Source: Octopus vulgaris (lineage: Eukaryota). From it: a stretch of 64,000 bases of DNA. A program made the position numbers and the translations under genes. This document shows positions 51,655 through 64,000 of the stretch, in pieces; positions within the stretch are counted from its first letter, which is position 1; every line of letters starts with the position of its first letter. The stretch spans positions 115,630,001 to 115,694,000 of the forward strand of contig OX597819.1 of the NCBI GenBank assembly GCA_951406725.2, read 5' to 3'. The notes below the pieces were generated by a model. The model did no database searches and was not told the DNA's origin. It saw nothing but the letters and a program-made list of their open reading frames with translations.

Positions 51655-52071
51655 TATTTCTTTACTACCCACAAGGAGCTAAACACAGAGAGGACAAACA
51701 AGGACAGACAAACGGATTAAATCGATTACATCGACCCCAGTGCGTAACTGGTACTTATTTATTCGATCCCGAAAGGATGAAAGGCAAAGTCGACCTCGAC
51801 GGAATTTGAACTCAGAACGTAGCGGCAGCCGAAATACCTATTTCTTTACTACCCACAAGGGGCTAAACACAGAGGGAACAAACAAGGACAGACAAACGGA
51901 TTAAGTCGATTACATCGACCCCAGTGCATATCTGGTATTTATTTAATCGACCCCGAAAGGATGAAAGGCAAAGTCGACCTACGTGGAATTTGAACTCAGA
52001 ACGTAACGGCAGCCGAAATACCGCTAAGCATTTCGCCCGGCGTGCTAACGTTTCTGCCAGCTCGCCGCCTT
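51655..52071 (-). mobile_element. SINE family C, head plus 2 units
   Basis: TSD tattttgaacaacc at 51641-51654 and 52074-52087. Confidence 0.9.
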
Positions 52072-52337
52072 CGTATTTTGAACAACCATCTGTCTACTCG
52101 TGTTCGTCCATGTGTCTTTTATAAGTCTGCGTCTTTTATCTGTCTTTAGAAAAAGCACCAATTTATCTAAATTTACCATTCCAGTTCTAAATCTAACCGA
52201 GTTTGTGTCGTCATGTTTGGCTTAAAAGATTCCCTTCGCGCTAAACACTGGGCCTTAGTGCCGATTTAGAAATGCATCCGTTTAAAACAATTATCTCGCT
52301 GGTGCCGCTACTCCGCTCCTTTCTCCTCCTCTTCCTA

Positions 52338-52383
<46 letters not shown>

Positions 52384-53024
52384 GATTTATATCCTTCTCT
52401 TTATTCCTTTGCTGCTTCTGACCGACAACAAATACACCAACTACGATTGTGTAAAAAGAATAAATTTCAGACAGAGGCAAGCAGCCAAGATTCACGACCT
52501 CTAGTCATTTGATAACTTAAGTCAGTTACGCTACATGACAAATGATTTGTCAGTTTTTGAAGATTGTACTGTTTTATGAAAGTAATTCCTTTGAGCAGAA
52601 AAAAAAAAGGACATTGATTTTATTACCATTAGACTTGGCATCTTCAGGTCAGTCATACAGACATAAACACACACGAGAATACATATATATATATACATAC
52701 ATACATGCATACTTGTTAGGAAATCTGAAGGTTACTTAATTGGCTTACAGGAAAACAACAACACCAGCTTATAAAGTTGTGTAGCTTCTATATGGCCGAC
52801 CTAAAAGTACAGATGTGCCATCGCCGCCGTCTGAGAACTCATCGAGGATTATGAAAATGTCGAAAAGAGTCGCAGAAAGGAAAGCGTCTGTTTTCCTTGA
52901 TAGCAGAGAAAGTAGAGTTAGTGCAAAAGCGTGGTCGTGGTAATTCAAAGCAAACGGTTTAAATTAACGAATATGTTTGGATGTCATTAAAAGACAGTGA
53001 GGGATTAATACAGAGAAATATACC

Positions 53025-53270
53025 ATGGCCTAGTGGTTAGAGCAGCGGACTCGCGGTCGAGGAATCTCGGGAGCGAAACACCTAAGCTCCACGGGGCTCC
53101 GGCAGAAGGTAATGGCGAAACTTCTGCTGACTCTTTCGCCACAACTTTCTTTCACTCTTTCCTCCTGCATCTTGCAGCTCACTTGCGATGGACCGGCGTC
53201 CTGTCCAGGTGGAGAACCTATACGCCAAGAAACCGGGAAACCTTATGAGCCAGGCATGGCTCGAGAAGGA
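53025..53270 (+). mobile_element. SINE family B-related copy with an alternative tail
   Basis: B head followed by gcgatggaccggcgtcctgtccagg...gaaaccggg, also seen at 24650-24740. Confidence 0.7.
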
Positions 53271-53553
53271 ACAAAAATCAACATGATATTTAGGAGTCTT
53301 TCCGTTTACTAAATACAAATATGATAGGATATCACTACATAGAAGAGTGAGTCGAAAATATTCCATCAGCTGTGATTACCCGAGCAATTAACGGCAAAAA
53401 CTTCCTCTCGAAGAATTTATCTCAGCCTCAGAGAAAGAAATTCGTGCAAACCAGTGTCTTTCAGAAGATTACGGTGTGAAAATTACCACAGTATAGACAT
53501 AAGGAAACAAGGAAGACGAGTTGTTGGAATGTTCTTGATAGTGATGTTCTTAT

Positions 53554-53717
53554 AGGCGTATGAGTGGTTGTGTGGTAAGTAGTTTGCTTACCAAACCACA
53601 TGGTTCCGGGTTCAGTCCCACTCCGTGGCACCTTGGGCAAGTGTTATCTACTATAGCCACGGGTCGACCAAAGCCTTGTGAGTGGATTTGGTAGACGGAA
53701 ACTGAAAGAAGCCTGTC

Positions 53718-53810
<93 letters not shown>

Positions 53811-54014
53811 CTTCTGTGTTTGTCCCCCAACATCGCTTGACAGCCGATGCTGGTGTGCTTACGTCCCCATAACTTAGCGGTTCGGCAAAAGAGACAGATA
53901 GAATAAGTACTAGGCTTACAAAGAATAAGTCCTGGGGTCGATTTGCTCGACTAAAGGCGGTGCTCCAGCATGGCCGCAGTCAAATGACTGAAACAAGTAA
54001 AAGAGTAAAGAGTA
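53554..54014 (+). mobile_element. SINE family A, near-consensus full length
   Basis: Complete head, microsatellite and tail. Confidence 0.92.
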
Positions 54015-54239
54015 TTGGACTATAAAATGAGAAAATTATAAAAGTAAATCTCTATCAATAGCTCTATCGATGACCTGGCTATTCTCCGATATATGACTAA
54101 TATTGTAGATAGTCTAGGATGGCTGAAAATATAATCTACGATGATACTTGTAATGTGGAACTCGTAATCAAAGAGATAATGCCTTCAGGTATAGAAATAG
54201 TATTGTCAGAGCTACCTTGTCAATTTTGGGTATGTCATG

Positions 54240-54505
54240 GGCCCTGGGACTCATAAAGCTGAAAATTAGCCTGGTTTCCTGGGTGTTTAAGTGACTGAGA
54301 TTGCCAAACCCAACCCCTAAAAGGGATGCTGCCCGTTGTGGAATTAACTTCGCAGCAATTGCTGGAACTTAGTTATTGTAGCGTGGACTGGAGCAGCATG
54401 AGATGAAGTATTTTGCTGAAGAATACAATGCAGTGTCCGATTCGGAAATCGAAACCGTGATCATACAATCTTGAGTACAATACCCTAATCACTAGGCTAT
54501 GCACC
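54240..54505 (-). mobile_element. Degenerate CORE-like SINE
   Basis: gtggactggagcagcatgagatgaagtattttgctgaagaatacaatg plus tRNA-like head. Confidence 0.55.
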
Positions 54506-54736
54506 TTTCAGAGCTCTGCATACAAGAAATCAATGACAAATAAAGTGTTTGCTGCAGCATTCCAGCATCTCATACCGACTCATACCGACGTCTGCGTTAC
54601 TTGAGTAGGCGTTAGATGTGATCGGAGCTATTAATCAACAGCAGAAAATTTCTACATCTATAATACTGATATATATCACTTTTAACTAAAACGAAAGCAA
54701 GGTGACAGAGACTGAAGATGAATTCAAATGACCTTA

Positions 54737-54808
<72 letters not shown>

Positions 54809-54976
54809 AAAGATGTACTTGTTGTGTGAGGGAATAGTTGTCCAATGTACCCTTCTTTTCTCATGATAGTAGGTTGCATCATGAAGTGATTTAACTACTA
54901 TTTCTTGCGAGGTGACCGGCTACATAGAGGCTTTCCTTATCGACTCGTTTGAAGGCGAATGTTTGCTGTTGTTGTT

Positions 54977-55334
54977 GTTGCTGTTGTTGTTGAGCGAACG
55001 GTCTTCGTCCCAGAGCTCGCAAGATGGGAGAAGTCCGAAACGTGGTCCCGCAGAAGAGAGAGCAGGTAAATCCCCGACACCGAGAGCATCGACGGATGGC
55101 GCATCCAGACTCAGCGGTTGCATAGAAAATCGGGGACAAGAAACAGGAAGAAAGAGTGAGAGAAAGTTGGAGCGAAAGAGTACAACAGGGGTCGCCACCA
55201 CCTCCTGCCGGAGCCTCGTGGAACTTTAGGTGTTTTCGTTCAATAATCACACACAACGCCCGGTCTGGGAATCGAAACCGCGATCCTCCGACCGCGAGTC
55301 CGCTGCCCTAACCATTGAGCCATTGCGCCTCCAC
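54977..55334 (-). mobile_element. SINE family B head with a third tail type ending (CAA)n
   Basis: TSD tgctgttgttgtt at 54964-54976 and 55335-55347; the empty site is preserved in the inverted duplicate at ~60180. Confidence 0.85.
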
Positions 55335-56041
55335 TGCTGTTGTTGTTCTCGTGTCGTTGATGCTGTTATTGTTGGAGGAATGGTGGTGGTGGAAGTGGTG
55401 GTGGTAGTGATGATGGTGGTGGCTGTGTGGTAAGATACTTACATTCCAAACCACATGGTGCCGGGTTCAGTCCCACTTCGTGGCACCTTGACCCTTGACC
55501 AGATGTCTTCTACTATAACAAACACCACCCAATAGTGAAATCACGAGAACACCAGAGACGTCTGGGTCTCATTGAGCCTTTCAATGACGCGAACCCGCTT
55601 AGCCACTTCCTTAAATTAAATCCCTCCCCACCGACATAGGGAAAACAGAATGATACACAAATGAAATTGCATGAAATTGTAATAGCCATTTGTGTACCAT
55701 ACTTAACGTATATATATCTATATACCATTGAAACAACATGTCTTTGAAAAGATTCTCTCACAGATAAAACTACAGCATCGAACCTTTACACTGGTATGTA
55801 TACGTTAAGTATAATGTCCAGTATAATGCTCTAACTATAGAAGGACTCTCTCTCCCTCTCTCTCTCTCTCTGTATATATATATGTGTGAGTGTGTACACT
55901 TATATGTATGTGTGTATCTATGTACGTATGTCTCCAGCATATTGTGATTACCTACAGACGTATCTCTGTTAATAATACCTACTTGTGTTCAGTCTTAAGA
56001 GACAAGATAAATGTGAGAATCAATGCATTGAATAAAGAATG

Positions 56042-56089
<48 letters not shown>

Positions 56090-56227
56090 GTGTGTACAGA
56101 CATATACAAACATATATATGTATATGTCCATGTGTATACAACTGCAACTATAGGTATATATTTTCACATGCACATAAACACACACATGTATGTGTGTTTA
56201 TATGTGTGTGTATACATTATAATCATT

Positions 56228-56286
<59 letters not shown>

Positions 56287-56287
56287 A

Positions 56288-56376
<89 letters not shown>

Positions 56377-56848
56377 TACGCATACTCACACACATGCACA
56401 TGTGTATATGTTTACACACATGCATATACCAACACGTTATATTTGCCTTATGACATCTAGAAGGTGCAAGTAGATCGTAAAAAGGAAACCCACGAGAGTT
56501 TCATGGCTTAAATTTTCACTTCTCAAACTAAAATTGTATTTTATTACTTCTCTACAGCTCAGTATTTTATCCAACTTTCTGTATATATATTTTTTTCTTT
56601 CTAAACTTTATATCGGAAACGACCTCTGCGAATATTTTTCATGTGTCTATGGAAATATTTATTTCCATAGACAGATTCTATGAAAGATTCTACGAAAGAT
56701 TCTACGAAAGAAAATATACCCGCTTAGATTTATTATCAATATGGTAGCATTTGAAATGTTCATTTCTTTATAAGATTCGTCGATATAAATCTAGGCTGGC
56801 TGGTAGGTTGGCCGGTTGGCTTCTTGATTCACCAGTCATTAATTATAT

Positions 56849-57047
<199 letters not shown>

Positions 57048-57237
57048 TTAACATAAGAGGTCCCGGTTAAATGCACATATTAGGTTTAGTGGCAAACAAT
57101 GAGTAAACGAACTCTATATATCCACGCACAGACTGTTGGACACGAAGATTCATAGAGAAAGAGGAAGAGGTAGAGCAAGAGCAAGAAATCTTGAAATAAA
57201 AACTGAACAATGACATACATACATACAAGCACACATA

Positions 57238-57737
57238 CTGTAAATCCTCGAGTATAGTCCGCCCTTGAGTATAATGCGCAGGGGATTTTTAGGGGGTTGT
57301 ACCTCTGAAAAACCTAAACCTTGTGTATAATACGCACCCTTCTCTAACTTGAGTCGTGCGTAATTAAGCCAGCAGTACCTAGTCGAACAAATACTTCCGC
57401 GCATGCGTAATACAAAATGGTGATGTTCTTAACTGTTATATGGGAATGTAAATATGTTTGCAAATTGTTTTTGTTAGATGTTCTGAAGACTTTATTTTAA
57501 TAAATGTTTCTTACTGCAAGTTATAGATGATTCTTCATTGCTTTCAGGCTTAGCTTAAGGTATTTTCGCACCCGACATCACAAAATGCGTCTGAATAAAC
57601 ATTGCCGGACAGCAAATAGAGACTCGGACATTGCTTAGAAAATATTTTTCATTTTTAACCTCGTATATAGTACGCACTAGGGATTTTGACCTTTAAATTT
57701 TTGGAAAAAAATGCGGATTATACTCGAAGATTTACGG
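57238..57737. mobile_element. Tc2/pogo-type MITE, 500 bp
   Basis: TIRs ctgtaaatcctcgagtatagtccgc / gcggattatactcgaagatttacgg with TA on both sides; internal subterminal repeats. Confidence 0.85.
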
Positions 57738-57836
57738 TATGTGCATACATACATACATAATAAGTACCTAAGTGATAAACTGGAGATGCTAGGGATTCCA
57801 GAAAAAGAAACCAACCAGTTAAGACGCACATTACAT

Positions 57837-57981
57837 AGGAGTGGCTGTGTGGTAAGTAGCTTGCTTAACAACCACATGGTTTCGGGTTCAGTCCCACTGC
57901 GTGGCACCTTGGGCAAGTGTCTTCTACTATAGCCTCGGGCCGACCAAAGCCTTGTGAGTGGAAACTGAAAGAAGCCTGTCG

Positions 57982-58013
<32 letters not shown>

Positions 58014-58366
58014 AGACTTGTTTTATTTATATTCCTGAGCGCCATACTAATACAATTGTTTGTTTGTATTCCACCTGCCTTCGTCTTTTGTTTATTTTCA
58101 TAAAGCTTCCTGTTATATATATATATATATATATTATATGTACGATTATGTATATGTTTATGTGTCTGTGTTTGTCTCCCCAACATCGCTTGACAACCGA
58201 TGCTGGTGTGTTTCCGTCCTCGTAACTTAGCGGTTCGGGAAAAGAGACCGATAGAATAAGTACTAGGCTTACAAAGAATAAGTCCTGGGGTCGATTTGCT
58301 CGACTAAAGGCGGTGCTCCAGCATGGCCACAGTCAAATGACTCAAACAAGTAAAAGCGTAAAAGAG
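57837..58366 (+). mobile_element. SINE family A with a ~100-bp insertion in its microsatellite
   Basis: Family match; foreign segment at ~58010-58112. Confidence 0.88.
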
Positions 58367-58623
58367 CAGTCACTGAATAGAAGAGTAAAAATATCCAAGA
58401 CTTTTTCAAATACAGCATCTGACATTATTTTGTTCTCTATATTCCAAATGACAAAGCTTCGTAGCTTTGTCAGAAAGCAGTTCCTTCCTCACAGAAAACA
58501 TTCTAACAATTAAAAATAGAATGGTGAGCACACACATATATATACTCACACGCGCACTCATGTACAAACGCGCGCGCGCGCACACACACACATACTCACA
58601 CACAGACACACACACACTCTCTC

Positions 58624-58671
<48 letters not shown>

Positions 58672-59139
58672 ACACAGTTGTATATATATATGTGTATTGG
58701 TTTTTAAAGGCGAAACTCGAGGCAGATAAAATATTAGCGTGTAGAGAGAATATTACTTTAAAAAATGCCTTGGATGAAAAATAAAAATGAGGAGAAGCCT
58801 TTGACTTTTATCTATCTATGATCTTTAACTTAATATTCTACATGCTATTATTTATAGTCGTATCTACTTCGAGCTTTGACTTTAAAGCAATTTTATTTTT
58901 TCATACTTCTCGCCGCTCCCAAATCCTTATGAAGTAAACAATGTATATACTTAGGTACCCAGAACACAGACACATACATACACAGGTGCACACATATATA
59001 TATGAATGGATACACGCATACACACATACACACATACACTCACGTACACACATACACGACTTGAATTAGGCATAGGGTTATGCGCGCATTTTCATTGGCA
59101 GAGAAAACATACGCGCAAGTGAAGACTTCTTAGCGAAAG

Positions 59140-59196
<57 letters not shown>

Positions 59197-59228
59197 CACA
59201 TACATACACACTCGTTCACAGAGATACA

Positions 59229-59259
<31 letters not shown>

Positions 59260-59872
59260 TCGTTCACAGAGATACACGCACACACACACGCTCATATGCG
59301 CGTACATTCATTTACACGTATGCACATACTCACGCACGTGTATTCACATAAACATTACGTGTTCATCCACACACGCTCGAACGTGCATACACAGCACACA
59401 CACACACACACACAGAACCACACAGAAACACCTACACACATAAACGCGTATCCATACACACGCACACACAAAACGCACGCACACATACACACACGTACAC
59501 AAAGACACATATCCATCCATACACACACAATATACGCGTGCAATGAGCATACAAGTTCATCTGAATTTCAACCACGGCTTTTAACACTCTGCAGAAGTGG
59601 CAGATATGACAACTACTTAGTATAGCTCCGTGTCGTCTCTTCGAGATTAACACGCCAGAGTATCACACGTTCAGACACGCAAACTAAGGCATGAAGCCAC
59701 TATGTGATGGTTCAACATGCTAGAAATAGCAGTCCAAATATTCCTTTAAATTTACACTACATCCATTTTTGAAATGGGAGGAGGATAACATTGCATTATG
59801 TAGCCCCAGGTACACAATGCCTGGAGAAGGATATAATGACCATGGCTGGAGAGGTTTTTGATCATCAACAGA

Positions 59873-60150
59873 CCACCACCCACCACCACCACCACCACCA
59901 CCACTTCCACCACCACCACCACCACCACCACTTCCACCACCACCACCACCACCACTACCACTTCCACCACCACCACCACCACCACCACCACCACCACCAC
60001 CACCACCACCACCACCACTACCACTTCCACGACGACCACCACCACCGCAACTTCCACCACCACCACTACAAAGACCACAAATACCACCACCACCACCACA
60101 AACACCACCACCACCACAACCACCACGACCACCACTTCCAACACCACCAT
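59873..60150. repeat. (CAC)n trinucleotide repeat
   Basis: Directly visible. Confidence 0.95.
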
Positions 60151-60599
60151 TCCTCCAACAATAACAGCATCAATGACACGACAACAACAACAGCAAACAT
60201 TCGCCTCTAAACGAGTCGATAAGGAAAGCCTCTACGTAGCCGGTCACCTCACAAGAAATAGTAGTTAAATCACTTCATGAGTACATCCTACTATCATGAG
60301 AAAAGAAGGGTACATTGGACAACTATTCTTAAAAACAGAAAAGGCGTGGCTGAAATGTTGGAATGTCTTTGATCATGGGTCTACTTGATCAAGTCTGGTC
60401 TGGAGTCAATAATGACCAAATGTCTTAGAAATAGCAACCAAAACATCTGAAACCGCACCTTACACTGCTAAGATAGGAAGAATACATTGGATAATGTAGC
60501 CCAAGATATGCTGAAATTTAGAGGGGATGTTCATGGCTGAATTGTTTTTGATCATAGGCCTACTTGATCAGAGCGAACCTGAGGTTAATCAAACAAACA

Positions 60600-60830
60600 A
60601 ACCAACACCGGTTATCAAACAATGGTGGGGGGACAAATACAAAGACTCATACACGTACATGTATGCATACATATATACAACGGGCTTCCATACAATTTCC
60701 GTCTATCGAAATCATTTCACAAGGTATCAGTCAACTCAGGGTTATAGTAGAATACACTTGATCAAGGTGCTACGCAGTGGGATCGAACCCGAAACAACGT
60801 GGTGACAAGGCGGGCAGCCATACCTGCGCG
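60600..60830 (-). mobile_element. Degenerate SINE family A
   Basis: Diverged family match. Confidence 0.65.
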
Positions 60831-61016
60831 TATGGGGAATCATTCTTAATAGATTTGTTCAACATCAGTTGCTCTTATATGTTGGACGTTATCCAGCTGT
60901 CAGCTGCTACCATTGTCTGATTCGTTGGCAGACAGAAGAAACAGTTATAGCTTTGTCACACGTTAGGTGACGGTGAGTAATTTAGTATGTATCCATACGG
61001 TAGCAGTCGTACATAT

Positions 61017-61803
61017 AAGGCGGCGAGCTGGCAGAACCGTTAGCACGTCGGGCGAAACACTTAGCGGTATTTCGTCTGCCGCTACGATCTGAGTTCAAAT
61101 TCCGCCGAGGTCGACTTTGCCTTTCATCCTTTCGGGGTCGATAAATTAAGTACCAGTTACGCACTGGAGTCGATATAATCGACTTAATCCGTTTGTCTGT
61201 CCTTGTTTATCTCTTCTCTGTTTAGTCCCTTGTGGGTAGTAAAGAAATAGGTATTTCGTCTGTCTTTATGTTCTGAATTCAAATTCCGCCGAGGTCGACT
61301 TTGCCTTTCATCCTTTCGGGGTCGATTAAATAAGTACCAGTTACGCACTGGGGTCGATATAATCGACTTAATCTGTTTGACTGTCCTTGTTTGTCCCCTC
61401 TGTGTTTAGCCCCTTGGGGGTAGTAAAGAAATAGGTATTTCGGCTGCCGCAACGATCTGAGTTCAAATTCCGCCGAGGTCGACTTTGCATTTCATCCTTT
61501 CGGGGTCGATTAAATAAGTACCAGTTACGCACTGGGGTCGATATAATCGACTTAATCCGTTTGTCTGTCCTTGTTTGTCCTCTCTGTGTTTAGCCCCTTG
61601 TGGGTAGTAAAGAAATAGGTATTTCGGCTGCCGCTACGTTCTGAGTTCAAATTCCACCGAGATCGACTTTGCCTTTCATCCTTTCGAGGTCGACTAAATA
61701 AGTACCAGTTACGCACTGGGGTCGATGTCATCGACTTAATCCGTTTGTCTGTCCTTGTTTGTCCTCTCTGTGTTTAGCCCCTTGTGGGTAGTAAAGAAAT
61801 AGG
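61017..61803 (+). mobile_element. SINE family C, head plus 4 x 184-bp units
   Basis: ggtatttcg junctions at 61066, 61250, 61434 and 61618; TSD ggtagca(g/a)tcgtacatat at 60999-61016 and 61802-61819. Confidence 0.93.
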
Positions 61804-62145
61804 TAGCAATCGTACATATGTGAACGATACTATTGCATCAGCTCAACCCTAGTCGCTCAGTTACCATTGGATGAATCGGTGACAAGAATACAGGAAGAGA
61901 ATGAATTCATCGACGGAAGTATTTCTGTTTCACATCTTCGACAGACACGTTTTAAGCTCACCCCTTTATAATCCAAGCTCCATAATTAAATCACTTATCC
62001 ACTCATTTGAAAAAAATAATTAGTTTTGATCGGTCAATAATGTGACACACACCTCACCCTAAGTAAACATACATACATACTTACACATATCTACATATGT
62101 AAATGTAGCTCTCTTTCTCTAACTATATTTACAATTGTATGAGAG

Positions 62146-62184
<39 letters not shown>

Positions 62185-62289
62185 GTATATATATATATTT
62201 CGGAATGGTCATATTGCCAGTTTAGCCAATAAAAACACACGCACTATATATTTGGTGTTATTTTGTGATTTTAAGTGATATTTATAACG

Positions 62290-62326
<37 letters not shown>

Positions 62327-62354
62327 GTATATATATATATGTATATATATATAT

Positions 62355-62482
<128 letters not shown>

Positions 62483-62831
62483 GTGTGTATAAATTTGAGC
62501 ATATATCTGCAAATTAGTTCTATATATACAAATTTAGATAACTGATTTTCTGGATCCAGAAGAAAAAAAGAGGGAGAGAGAGAAAAAGAGAGAGAGAGAG
62601 AGAGAGTTATGTGTGCGTGTGAGAATAGAAGTCTATTTACACATTTATGTAGATACATACACATATTTTTGTGCATTTACATACTCACACAAGCGTACAT
62701 AATAGAATTTGTACGTCTATGTGTGTGTCAATGTACTTGTGTGTGTGTGTGTGAATATATACATGGATGTGCATCTATTTGTGCGCGCGTGTGTTAACAC
62801 ATCTAATGTTTGCTTAAGAAGGTATTTACAG

Positions 62832-62878
<47 letters not shown>

Positions 62879-63218
62879 ATGTGTATGCGTGAATAGCTAT
62901 ATAATAGAGTATATGAAAATACACAAGTCACTGATTTTATTAGCTTACAGGCATATACATACATACATACATACACACACACATATATATATATTTATAT
63001 GTATACAAAATTACCCACCCACCACTGACACACAGATACACACAAGTGTATATATTTGCCATATATATATATATACATATATACACAATCACACACAAAC
63101 GCATACACACACATATATATGCATATACATTCACACATACATATTCATAATCATGACCATGAACACACACTTAAACAAATTTCTTTCTCTCTCCCTCACT
63201 CTGTGCCTCCCTGTCTCC

Positions 63219-63280
<62 letters not shown>

Positions 63281-63283
63281 CTG

Positions 63284-63320
<37 letters not shown>

Positions 63321-63465
63321 TATATATATATCTCGCTCAGAGATTTATTTTATACACACACAGACACACACACACATATCTATATACATATATATACATA
63401 TATATATATATACATATATATACACATATATATATACATATACATATATATATACATATATACAT

Positions 63466-63514
<49 letters not shown>

Positions 63515-63836
63515 TGTGTGTAAGTGTGTGTGTGTGTGTGCGTGCATATGTATATATGTAGAAGCATGTATCTAAATATACGCTTGTGGAGTGGGACTGC
63601 TAAATTTTCTGATGTATGTAGACGACCATGAGGTTAATAAACCCGACTGTTGATCAATAAAAGTAATTTTGGTCAAGAACGAAGGATAATAGAGGAAACT
63701 AATAAAGCAAAAAGATTAACAGAATAACAGAAGAAGGAATAACACACCTTCCATAAAGAAAACAAAATAGCCAGAATAATAAGAATGGTAGGAAAAAGAG
63801 ATGGAAAGAAGAGAAGGATGGAAGAGAGAGTGAGAA

Positions 63837-63868
<32 letters not shown>

Positions 63869-64000
63869 TAGTTGATAACGACGTATAGAAAGAGAGAAGT
63901 GGAAGGAAAAGGAAGCCGCAAGAAGGGGAGAGAAAGAGAGACAGAGAGCGTGAGAGAGATATATATGGAGACACAAAGGGAAATAGTGAGAGGCAGAGAG

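Noticed and set aside
59752-60268. Poly-His, poly-Thr and poly-Val ORFs
   Set aside because: Translations of (CAC)n with no splice or domain support.

Overview
Repeat-dense, AT-rich metazoan DNA, most likely from an octopus (inferred from the tRNA-derived SINE families, the microsatellite load and the mollusc-type TTAGGG repeats; not database-checked). The only host gene I can support is the 3' end of a TRPC-family cation channel on the + strand. It has four spliced coding exons at 1811-2011, 4920-4970, 8135-8204 and 11641-12029, with TRP box EWKFSR, VPPPFN, a coiled-coil tail and C-terminal DSRL. The rest is intronic or intergenic and made of several SINE families, two full-length but decayed mariner transposons, a hAT (Buster/Charlie-type) relic, Penelope-like element (PLE) relics, R4/Dong and CR1 LINE fragments, two copies of a non-autonomous Helitron, MITEs, a 124-bp tandem array and many microsatellites. 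Almost all short ORFs in the track are repeat artefacts. The most notable signals are: (i) several type I hammerhead-ribozyme motifs in short microsatellite-associated elements, one with a G3-C8 compensatory core swap and one in the sense strand of a TRP intron; (ii) a SINE that inserts as head plus n x 184-bp concatemers with target duplications starting GGT; (iii) a satellite born at a PLE/SINE junction; (iv) SINE tail swapping and local inverted duplications.
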